Assembly: GCA_950097015.1 (NCBI GenBank)
Contig: CATNEN010000038.1
Span: 12,648,001-12,712,000 of the forward strand
Direction: 5' to 3'
DNA: 64,000 nucleotides
Source: Macrostomum hystrix
Taxonomy: Eukaryota; Animalia; Platyhelminthes
Both the position numbers and the translations under genes were made by a program. Positions 26,401 through 37,446 of the stretch are shown piece after piece (the first letter of the stretch is position 1; each line of letters opens with the position of its first letter). The notes under the pieces were generated by a model that did no database searches, was not told the DNA's origin, and worked only from the letters and a program-made list of their open reading frames with translations.

Positions 26401-29400
26401 ATCGTATCAGGAACCCATGTTTACAGCTGTCTTGGAGAGAATCGAAGCTAGAGTTATTATAGAGCTTAAATCGCAGCAGGATTTTCTTTTGACCAAAGAT
26501 GATAAATATCAGAATATTTTTTCAACAATACGCGGCCGTAATGGGTTTAATGAAAAGCCGGAGCTGCAGGCCTTTCTGGGCTCATTGCGATCTGTCAGCG
26601 CCAGCGGAATAGCACAAAATATCACTATGAGTAAGAACTGTGAAGATGATATGGACTCTGTTCCTTCAGGTGCGGCTGCATTGGCTGATAACTCTTACGT
26701 TGGTATTCTACCAAACGGAAATGGAGATGGAAGAACTCATTTCGTTTATCCGCTGGAAGACTACTCATCTGAAAATTCCTGCCTGCAATCTGACCCTTCG
26801 TCCTCACGAGGGGGATCATAGTCATCAATTAGCCGCACAGTTGGATAGCATTGAAGAAAAGGAGGTTGTGCCTTACATTTGCGGCTTTGTCTTGCGAAAG
26901 TCGGCTGCTTTTAGTTGCACTGGGTGCAATAAGTTACTGTATACAGAAGGTAACCAGTATGTCTCAATTCACCTCCAGCATAAGCTATATGATGGCTGCA
27001 AATTTGGTCTGACCAACCCCTCTGCACCTGCCGTGGCTGCCTTCAACCGCATCGAAGTGGCGTTTCGGGCACAGATGTGCTATGGCTCCAGCAATAACGT
27101 ATTGCTGAAAATTTTGGATCGCTCCCATGACGATTCGCTTCCTATGTTATTTTGTCCTCAGCACACTCCCAGAGCTGCTGCAGCCAAGCGGCTTAACATC
27201 AGAATCAGGTTCCATCACTGGTGCAGAATGCAAATGCTTCAATATTTCGACAAGACAAAGCATGCAAGCCGCGTTAAAAAAAGTTAAGCAAGCTGTCGTA
27301 GCCGTACATCATTCTTTTTCATGCTTTAGTTGACATGCCATCAATTTCGTGACCTACTACGCACAGCTGTTATGCTATAGCACTGCAATTTGTTAAGTCG
27401 AACTGCTCATCTCTGTCCTCGACTTTCTTTCCCACCATGTTTTTCGTGTTCTACGCGTATTTTTATATGCGTGTAAATATAAAATAATTATAAAATTGCC
27501 AGGCGAAATAGTTCTAGCGCCAGCAACAACCTATCTAACCTATTAGATATAAATTCACTTATATTTATGAAGTTCAATTCATCAATTTCTGCAATGTCGT
27601 ACCACGTATGAGTATTCCGGCAATAAAAAATAGCAGCATTCATTCATGAAATGGTGCATAGCGCTATCAATGTCTATGGCATAAAGTGTGTGATGAGAGC
27701 GAAAACCAGATTTTTGCATTGAGTGACGTATCTTGGGTATTTATAATCTTTGCTTTTGACCTAGATTATCAGAAAATCTAATTAATAGTCTTGTAACTAG
27801 GGTCACACACCGGTTAAAGTGCTTTTAACCATAGACAACCGACAAAATCTGAGCTATAAATCGCTTAGTGTTGATAGCACATCGAATTTCAGTGACCTGC
27901 GAGATTTGAAATTAAACAACTGAAACAATGACGGAAACTTCCGCTTCGCCAGCCAAGCAGCAGCTGTCACCGAATGTCACCGAGTCATCGGACCTTGACT
28001 GGGTGTTTAAAGAGCTCGACCCTGACAGCACCGGATCGATTTCTGTCGAGGAATTCTTAAAATTTCTCACCAAACACGAACCGCCGAGGCACAGCGTCGA
28101 GCACACCGCCCGCTACATCCTGGGCCTATTCTGCAAGACCACTCCAGGCCGTTTAAACTGCTCTGAGCTGGCTGAGTACATCAATCTGTGCCGCAACGGC
28201 ACTCGTGAGGACCAGTACGGCCTGATCTTCAGGGACGCTGGGCGCAGGCAGCCGGGACTTTTGGCCAGAGATGAACTGGCCCGCCTCATCGAGGACAAGT
28301 ACAACCAGCTGCTCAAGCCTGACTTTGAAGACATCTTCGACAACTGCGACGAAGATATGGACGGCCGGCTGACATTGGAGGAGTTTATTCGGTTCATTGG
28401 CATTTACGAGCTGTGACCTGTTGGATTTTTTCCTTGCATTTGTTTGACTCTAAACTTTCTGTGAAACCATAAAAAAATTTCTTCAAGTAAAAGTATAATC
28501 TTAGCCGAAGCATAAAATGGACATTGAAATGACCTGATAACCGAAAAACTGTGTTCAGTGTTTTGCCAAAGGGACACAATTGGTTTCAGCGGAGTTAATT
28601 TGATTCCCAACCCCTCCCGGTCATACAATTGGATTCCCAACCCGTACTGGTCATGCAATTGGATTCCCAACCCGTACTGGTCATGCAATTGGATTCCCAA
28701 CCCGTACTGGTCATGCAATTGGATTCCCAACCCGTACTGGTCATAAAAATCGATTCCCAACCCCTCCCGGTCATACAATTGGATTCCCAACCCGTACTGG
28801 TCATAAAAATCGATTCCCAACCCCTCCCGGTCATACAATTAGATTCCCAACCCGTACTGGTCATAAAAATCGATTCCCAACCCCTCCCGGTCATACAATT
28901 GGATTCCCAACCCGTACTGGTCATACAATTAGATTCCCAACCCGTACTGGTCATAAAAATCGATTCCCAACCCCTCCCGGTCATACAATTGGATTCCCAA
29001 CCCGTGCTGGTCATTGAAGCCGATTCCCAACCCCTCCACCAGTCATAGAAGCCGATTCCCAACCCCTCCCGGTCATAGAAACCGATTCCCAACCCCTCCC
29101 GGTCATAGAAACCGATTCCCAACCCCTCCCGGTCATAGAAACCGATTCCCAACCCCTCCCGGTCATAGAAACCGATTCCCAACCCCTCCCGGTCATAGAA
29201 GCCGATTCCCAACCCCTCCCGGTCATAGAAACCGATTCCCAACCCCTCCTAGTCATATAAATCGATTCCCAACCCCTCCCGGTCATAGAAACCGATTCCC
29301 AACCCCTCCCGGTCATAGAAGCCTATTCCCAACCCCTCCCGGTCATAGAAGCCGATTCCCAACCCCTCCTGGTCATAGACGCCGATTCCCGACCCCTCCC

Positions 29401-30072
29401 AGTCATATAAATCGATTCCCAACCCCTCCCGGTCATAGACGCCGATTTCCGACCCCCCCAGTCATATAAATCGATTCCCAACCCCTCCCGGTCACAGAAG
29501 CCGATTCCCAACCCCTCCCAATCATGCATAGCGCGGGGCTCACAGATACAGGTGTAGCTCATTCGCTTCCTAATCGACCTCTTGAAGAAGCAGGAGCAGC
29601 CGTCGCAGCAGAACACGCCATAGTGCTTGCCGTAGCTTTTGTCTCCGCAGATTAGGCACGGCACGGGAACTGGCAGAGTGCGGCCTGGGTGAAATTTCGA
29701 TGTTTTTCTGGTGTCCTTTAGAGCTTCTATAGTAATCCAATGCGACTTGTGGAAGCGCCAGGCCGGAAGCGACGGGGGTGTAAGTGACACAGGCAGAAGC
29801 GACAGAGGTGGAAGCGACTGGGGCGGAAGTGACACAGGCGGAAGCGACAGGGTGGAAGCGACAGGCGCGGAAGCGACAGGGGTGGAAGTGACACACGCGG
29901 AAGCGACAGGGGTGGAAGTGACACAGGCGGAAGCGACAGGGGTGGAAGCGACAGGGGCGGAAGCGACACGAGCGGAAGCGACACGAGCGGAAGCGACACG
30001 AGCGGAAGCGACTGGGGCGGAAACGACTGGGGTGGAAGCGACAGGCGCGGAACCCAGTATTTACTCACCCAT
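20409..30072 (-). CDS. NR2E-subfamily nuclear receptor, Hr83/NHR-239 (NR2E5)-like, 4 coding exons
   Basis: Exons 30072-30069 (ATGG), 29684-29544, 26211-26116, 21322-20409 are all GT-AG and phase-compatible: [90 protein letters not shown], then a Q/P-rich hinge and a divergent LBD. Confidence 0.9.
22060..25985. repeat. 13-bp satellite array (~3.9 kb) in nuclear receptor intron 3
   Basis: CTGTTATAGATG(A/C) units with interspersed CTGTTTGAGATTC variants; degenerate at both edges. Confidence 0.97.
26417..27290 (+). mobile_element. P-element/THAP9-like transposase C-terminal remnant
   Basis: [20 protein letters not shown] and SKNCEDD, then in another frame [19 protein letters not shown]; these resemble P-superfamily transposase C-termini. 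Frameshifted. Confidence 0.75.
27928..28416 (+). CDS. Intronless calmodulin-like EF-hand protein (162 aa), nested antisense in nuclear receptor intron 2
   Basis: Canonical loops [13 protein letters not shown] and [13 protein letters not shown] with two degenerate middle hands; GC-rich codon usage; TATAAA at ~27855. Confidence 0.85.
   Translation: MTETSASPAKQQLSPNVTESSDLDWVFKELDPDSTGSISVEEFLKFLTKHEPPRHSVEHTARYILGLFCKTTPGRLNCSELAEYINLCRNGTREDQYGLIFRDAGRRQPGLLARDELARLIEDKYNQLLKPDFEDIFDNCDEDMDGRLTLEEFIRFIGIYEL
28551..28596 (-). mobile_element. SINE fragment (start of CORE-like domain)
   Basis: ACTCCGCTGAAACCAATTGTGTCCCTTTGGCAAAACACTGAACAC versus SINE ACTCCACTGGAACAATTTGTGTCCTTTAGCAAGACACTTAACTC. 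Confidence 0.65.
28600..29525. repeat. 30-bp minisatellite at the 5' end of nuclear receptor intron 2
   Basis: GATTCCCAACCCCTCCCGGTCATAGAAACC and variants, ~30 copies. Confidence 0.95.
29765..30052. repeat. Degenerate 15-bp repeat filling nuclear receptor intron 1
   Basis: G(C/T)GGAAGCGACA(G/C)GG units. Confidence 0.9.
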
Positions 30073-33000
30073 TTGTGTGGCGTCAAGACGCAGGACAGTT
30101 ATTCTTAGTGAAATTTGCCGATCTCTCTGTCGTCACCGTCAGGTCCCCGAACCAGGTCCTATTTATCCGATTCGTGTCGCGCAGCTGCCAAGCTAGAAAA
30201 TCACACACACTCACACACACGCCCACTTGGACAAACTTCATCGATTCCTGCCGGAGCTAATACAGCTTAAAAGGCGCGTGTTTGTGCTGTTATCCGCAAG
30301 AGCCACTTCATCTTTGCCCTGCGCATCAATGGTCCGGAAAGATGAGTCGAAAGACAGTTATGAGACAGGCAGGCGGGCAGGCAGGAGCAGCTGCAACCAC
30401 TTTTCCCAGAGCCGCCACAAAAACACAAATCCCGAACCGCGGGCAACTTGGCTCTGGCCAACTCCCACAGTCGCGCATGCTAGCCAGCAGCTGCCAGTTT
30501 GAGTTTAGTCAAAGTGTCAGTTCACCTGGCGCTTTAGGAGAACCCCCAAGGGTAAGATGACACGTAATTTCAATAATGCTTTGCATTGCCGATGGTGCTC
30601 GGCTGTTAAAACGATCTGGGAAGGGATGGGGAGGGGGAAATGTTTGTTGTGTGGGTCTTCTCTGTTAGCGTCTTAACCCTCTGCCGCCGATGCGGCTTGC
30701 TGGCGATTCTTGTCTGCACGGTGGGGTGGGCGAAGCGAAGAAAATCTTTGGGGGGATTTTCTTGGAAACTGATCGCGCCTCTTTGGGAGTTGGGCGCTGG
30801 CTTATCGACTGCAGGGACGCGTGAATGCATGGGACGGGATTTCCGCGGGTCGCACAACTCTTTCTTGTCTGCGTGATGCGTTGCCCCCCCTGAGGGGTTG
30901 GGACCGCACACTCGACTGTGTGTGAACACCTGCAGCTATAAGCTGGCCCATTTGTTTAAGGCGCTGCCTCCCCATACGCTTAATTCCTATCCATTTTTAA
31001 AGAATTTTGAGCAGTCGATGATCAGTCCTGCATGTTGGCGTTGAGATCTTTCCTGTTTAAGAGAATCGAAATTTAAGACGCATGTTCGTAGATTTCTGCT
31101 TTCGCGCGCCTTGTTTTGCTCGAGACAGAAATCAATTAGGAATTACTGCACCGTTTATATAGTTTTTTCTCTGCTATATATGCATACTTACATTAATTTA
31201 AATAGCATATATCGATAGTCGATCACGGCACATTATGCATACTGCATATGTTTATTGAATCTTAAGCTTAATAAATGAAGCGTATTGCAGTAGTGTGATA
31301 TCTATACGAATCCGATTTCTTACAATCTTTGTGGGCCTGCAGGACTAGTTGACTCTTTGACATTTGACATATGGCAGTTGACTTTTCTGCTATAAAAATA
31401 CATATTGTGTGTATTATACACAGGACGATATTTTTACGTATTGAGCAAAACTCGATCGTTGGTATATGAAGGTGTGAAGTACTGGTATTCCGTCCTTTTT
31501 CAACGAGTTATAAGCACGGACCCCTAGAAGAAAAAGGACGGGACATTCGGAACTATGAAAATGTATTAAAGGTGGATTCTCATGGAAAATGCACTAGCGA
31601 AAAAGGAACTTTTCACATTTTTCACATTAAAATGTTGATAACTTTTTTAGAAGCAGTTCCAATGCTGTTCTTTTAATATATCCTGCAAAATATACTGGAT
31701 ATATATATATATTACTGGATACTGGATATATATATATAACGAATTTTAGAAATATTCATTTTTGAATAATTAAATAATTTTTTAATTTTCATTTATCTAT
31801 CATGATAAATCAAAATAAATTAATAAAAAATCAGGAAGCGAATCATTACCGATGAGAACGATAGAAAGCCGGAAAGTGCGATGTTAGTTTGCGCGCGAAG
31901 TTCAAACATAGAAAACAAATAAGAAAAACATTTCGGCCCTTCCTTGATTCGAGTTTTCTGCGTATTTAATGTTGTAAAAGTAGACACAATTACTTATACA
32001 TTGAGTTACTTCTGGTTCTGAATGTATATTTTTAGGTGCTTGGCAAGTAAAAAAATTTTCTTAGGCATCATTCTTGTATGGTTAGGCCCTACGGTTTTTG
32101 TTTCATAATTAATTTTTGATGTAACGAACTACTACTGTGAACTGATGGTGAAAAACGAAGCACACAGAAAAATGTACATAAAAATCATTGCTCGAACTGG
32201 ACATACATTATATAAAAAACATATTTGTACTTGGTTCAATATTTACCTTTAATAGGTAAATACAATATTGAGTTTAGAGAATTAATATAAATCTTTGTAC
32301 CTTAAAAGCTGACATAAATTAAGTGTTATAGCTTCTGACGTAAATGTTACTATAATAATTTAGTCTTTATAATTTCTAAAGGGCTACAGCCCATAGCACA
32401 TCATGTGGAAACACTAGACCTGCAGCCAGTGAGGCAATTCTGCCCATTCTGCTGACTCCTAGACACATATGCTCGTATACCATATCCAAGGCACACTCAT
32501 GTCACATAAGGGTGTAAATCTGCCTTGACTTTCTCAACATAGTCATTGTCAGGCAGTGTACACTCTCACTGTGCCTTGGCAGTTGGTCATCAAGGGCATT
32601 AAATGGATAACAAACCCCCAAGCCCTATCTCCAGCAAAACAGTGGCTTTTCTATAGAATAAGGGACCTTGTTGTTAGAAGCAAGTCATATTCATGAAAAG
32701 AAAAATCCTGAAAGTCCTTTTTTACTTTAACATGGCTCATTTTGAATAATTTAGAGTATAATTAAGAGTACAATTAAAATAATTAATTGTAGAATACAAC
32801 AAGCTAAGTACAATATTTATAAAAATTAGGAAAAAATGTTGTAAAAGTCAGACTGAATCAAACTGATTTACTTTGATTCTGCTAACAGGGTTTATGTGTT
32901 TTTTCTTTTAGCTATTTTAGTGTATTTTATAGTTTAGCTACATAAGGATATGTAATATTTAAAAAAGATATATATAAGTCATATTAAGGGCCATCAAGTT

Positions 33001-33477
33001 ATTCATTATTGTCTCAATAAATAGTATTCAAACAAGTCAGGTAAAAACATTACAAATAACCTTATTATTTTTTATCATGGCCTTCCATTTTTGTATACAT
33101 TTATAAATCTCACTTAAAATTAGTCTTATATCTCATATTTTGATAATTTATATGATATAACATTTTATAAATTTTAAAACATTCTGTGAACAAAAAATAA
33201 TTGGTGAAAAAAAGATGTATTACAGAACTTTTTTGCTATATATTTATAAATATTCACGTTAGTTGATAGCTTGTTAATAAAATAAAAATTAGTCCACTTA
33301 TATATATTATATATATACTCTCTTTAACACTTATTTTTCTATAATGCTGATAAAAATCAACTTCCAAAAAATTCGTCCTTCTTTGTTGGCCTCTGTTTTT
33401 GTAAAGAAGTGCAAGTCAATTTAGATGGACCAAACTTCTCTAATTTTTTTCTCAGAAACAGCAACTATTGATCAGCC

Positions 33478-35277
33478 ATGTCAGTTCCACCTCAGCAGCA
33501 GCAGCAGCAGCAGCCCCCGCCAGCTGTGGGCTATGCCGGTGCCGGCTATCCGCAGCCGCAGGGCCAGCCAATGCCTGGAGGCTACGCGCCGGTGCCTCAG
33601 CAGACGCCCCTCGGAGCCCCAACCGGCCAGGTGGTGTGGATGAACAAGCCGGCCGCGTTTCCGGGCTGCCCGCCCGGACTGGAGTACCTCACCCAGGTTG
33701 ACCAGCTGCTGGTGCATCAGCAGATTGAACTGCTGGAGGTCTTTACCAATTGGGAGACTAAGAACAAGTATCAGGCGAGTTTGAAAATGTTCTCTGCGAC
33801 CATTGAAGACGATTCCAAAGCTGCCTACGTTCAACAACGTTTCTATGTGTACTTGAAAATCTCATCCAACCTATTTTTTTCACACAAAACCTTACCCTAT
33901 TGCAGTGCATGCAATTTGTAACACTATTTTTTAAATTTAGAATAAATCCAATTCGTCAATTAATCTCATCCAATCAGGTGAAGAACAGCATGGGCCAGCA
34001 GGTGTACTTCGCCGCCGAAGAGTCCGACGTCTGCGCGCGCCAATGCTGCGGTCCACAGCGCGGCTTCGTCATGCACATCACCGACAATCTAGGCGCCGAG
34101 GTGATTCGTGTTACGCGCCAATTCAAATGCTGCGCCTGCCCCGGCTGCTACTGCATGGCCGGCATGGACTTCTGCGCGCACGAGCTGCAGATTGAAGCGC
34201 CTCCTGGCAGCGTCATTGCCTACGTCAAGCAGCAGTGCTCGTGCCTGGAGCCCAGCTACGTCATTCAGGACGCGGGCAGGAAGACTGTGCTGCAGATTCG
34301 AGGCCCAGTTTGCATCTGCCAGGGTCCCTGCTGCACCTGGGACCAGGAGTTTAAGGTCAGTCATGCTTCAATTGAACTTTTAGAGTTCAAGGTCAGTTCT
34401 GCGTCACTTGAACTTGCAGAGTTCAAGGTTAGTCATGCTTTACTTGAACTTGAGTTCAAGGTCAGTCATGCTTTACTTGAACTTGAGTTCAAGGTCAGTC
34501 ATGCTTTACTTGAACTTGAGTTCAAGGTCAGTCATGCTTTACTTGAACTTGAGTTCAAGGTCAGTCATGCTTTACTTGAACTTGAGTTCAAGGTCAGTCA
34601 TGCTTTACTTGAACTTGAGTTCAAGGTCAGTCATGCTTTACTTGAACTTGAGTTCAAGGTCAGTCATGCGTCACTAAAACATTTAATCTTGTAGATGTCA
34701 GTGTTTCTTAAAGTTTATTTGTTTGCATTGATTATCCAAAGTTGCAAAGGCATGTTATTCTCGCAGGTGTATTCCGCTGACATGGCCCACGAGGTTGGCA
34801 AGATCAGCAAACAGTGGTCCGGCTTTATTCGGGAATACTTCACCGATGCCGACAATTTTGGGGTGTCCTGTGAGTAAAAATCTCTGCTGTCTGTTTTGAA
34901 TTACAGGGAAAACTGTGTACTTCTACAGCAAAATCGCTTGTGTGAAAACTTATGTGTATTTATTTTATTTTCATTTCATTTCATTTTTTCAGTTCCCATG
35001 GACTTGGACGTGAAGATCAAGGCTGCCATGGTTGGGGCCGTTTTCCTCATAGTAAGATTATTTTATTTTATTCTTATTTTTTGTCGTTTTTATTGATTTG
35101 ATCAGTCTAGGTATCATTATTTACTGCGTAGATCGGATTGATCAGTCTAGATTATGCAGATTGCATTGATCAGTTAGCGTTTCTTTCTGAATCAAGCGAA
35201 CTAACCACTGATCACGATCGATTATGTTTCAGGACTTTATGTTCTTCGAGAACAACCAGCAGAACCAGAACAACTGA
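33478..35277 (+). CDS. PLSCR: Phospholipid scramblase, 5 coding exons
   Basis: Exons 33478-33774, 33978-34355, 34767-34869, 34993-35051, 35233-35277. Pro/Gln-rich N-terminus, [29 protein letters not shown]|[12 protein letters not shown], Cys palmitoylation cluster, [39 protein letters not shown]. Confidence 0.95.
34347..34672 (+). repeat. 33-bp repeat duplicating the scramblase exon 2/intron 2 junction
   Basis: GAGTTCAAG|GTCAGTCATGCTTTACTTGAACTT, ~10 copies including the real donor at 34355/34356. Confidence 0.95.
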
Positions 35278-37446
35278 TTGGTCGAATATAATATTTTTAC
35301 TTTTGTGAAGCAAAATTTTCACTTCATGAAATTAAATACTATATACTTACATTGTATTGTGAGCTATTCAAACAAAAAATTTACAGGTTTTTAAACAGGT
35401 TTTGTTTGTTTTAAACTTTATTTTACCCTGCCAAGCGATAATATGATAACTTCGTTTTATCATTTTATCGTGAGCCATAAATTTTTATCGCGACAGTAAT
35501 AACAATATTTTATTATCGACATTGTGTAACAGTTGAGCTTATAAACCAACAGATAGCTTGCAAATATTTACTGTTCAGACTTTTCTTAATTTTTTCTCTC
35601 CTGCTGTTTAATTTAACACCCACGCATATTTTTCATCAGTTGGTTTAGCCTATGCTTGCGTTTTAACATGACGTTTAACTGTTTTTTGCTGCTCTTCTCC
35701 TTGTTTGCGAACTGACTGCGAAATTTTAGTTAAAAATTAATTTAAATGGAATTTAGTTTATTTAGTTTAAATGGAAGCAGTTTTTGCAGATTAGGACTGA
35801 TCCAATAGATTGGATTGAACAATCTTGATTAGACAGACTGTATTGAATAATCTTGATTAGACAGATTGAATTGAACAATCTTGATTAGGCAGATTAGATA
35901 GAGTAGACAGTTTTTATCAGGAAAAAAACTGGTATTCACGCAAACAAATTAATAGTATTAAGCGTTACAACGTAATTTTCTGCTTTTAAAAGTGAACGTG
36001 ACTTTGCTGTTGTTACGTAATCGGGGCGCCACTTGTTTACTGTTTTCCTTACGATCGCGATAAAAAAATACATTTTTATCGCGCATTAACTATTTTTAAC
36101 AAATGCCGAATACGTAACAATCATTTATCGATAGCTAGTAGCTATTATAGGTTTGTACGATGTTCCTATTTTGCCTTGCTTTTGCCCATGTGCCCTTAAA
36201 ATGTACTTTTTAACCAGAATATATTGTCTACCGTTTCTAACGAAGAGCTAGTTAGATGCTATTTTTAAATGCCTTTCTTTTATGAACAGTTTTTTTAGTT
36301 CGGATTTCTCTGCTTGTAAAATAACTAAAAATTTTTTCTGAACCAGAAATGGTATACAGCAGTCCGATCACCTGTACTCTACGCCAGTGTGTACATGGTC
36401 ACTTTGCGGCCAGTGTAACTGTTCAACTATGCCGCACCGCGTTATGGCAATCCGCAATCAAAACGTTTATTCGCTTGAATTGCTTTTAATTTTTCTGTCA
36501 TATTTATTTCGACAGTTTCTAAAAAGGATGTTTTATCATGGTCACATCGTATGACAAAAGCAAAAAGGTCTTGATTCGAAGGATAATTGTTAATCTCGAA
36601 TAAAAAGCTTTGTTATTTTCTTTTTCTAAAAATATTAATTTGTCAAACTATCAGAATGCTTCTGTGCATTGTCTAATTTTTTATTAGTTTATTTTCTTAC
36701 AATATCCAACAGACGGCATGTTTATGTTCTCTCCCTCATTATAACAATTGTTAAATTACAATTTATCAAACGCTTAGTTCTAGAATCTCGTCCTTTTAAT
36801 GCTTTTAATGCTGTTGTGTTTCTATTTTGTTTTATTTATAAAGCTAAAACTAGAATAAACATTTATCGCTAGTCAATAACGATTCTGCTGTTTATGGCTG
36901 CAATGGAAGCGAGCTAACTCCGAAATTCGCACTGAATTCTAGTCGCGTTTTTTAAATAAAAGTGTGATATTTTTTCCGGCTTTTATATGACGGAAACTTT
37001 ACTGTTATTAACAAATGGCTTGCGTGTTTGCACTAGTTGTTGGCTAATTACTGCCCGACTATAATAGTGCAATGATAGAAATACGAACAAAAAATACAAA
37101 AAAAATCGAAATAAAACAATTATCTATTACGTCACTTTCTTTTGGATTATTTGCTTATTATCAATATATAGTACCTAGCTATATGCGCTAATTATAGTAT
37201 TCTGCTCGCTAATAATCTGAATCGACATGCCTGTCTTAATCTGCCTTATAACTCAACTCAAAACTCCGCAATAATTATGAGAGACAGCTTTAAAATGACA
37301 AGAAAATAATGTCTGTTCAGCTATTTATAAGTTTAACGTAGCGTAAGAATCGTGGAAGTCCATTGTTTATAAGTACTCGCAGGGGTTTGCATTTATGATT
37401 TGAAACACATTGTCCACCAGCTTGTCGTTCATCCCAAGTCACGTGA

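Noticed and set aside
29323-29835. Single-exon nuclear receptor ORF with SLPP repeats
   Set aside because: The flanks are intronic repeats; splice sites define the exon as 29684-29544.
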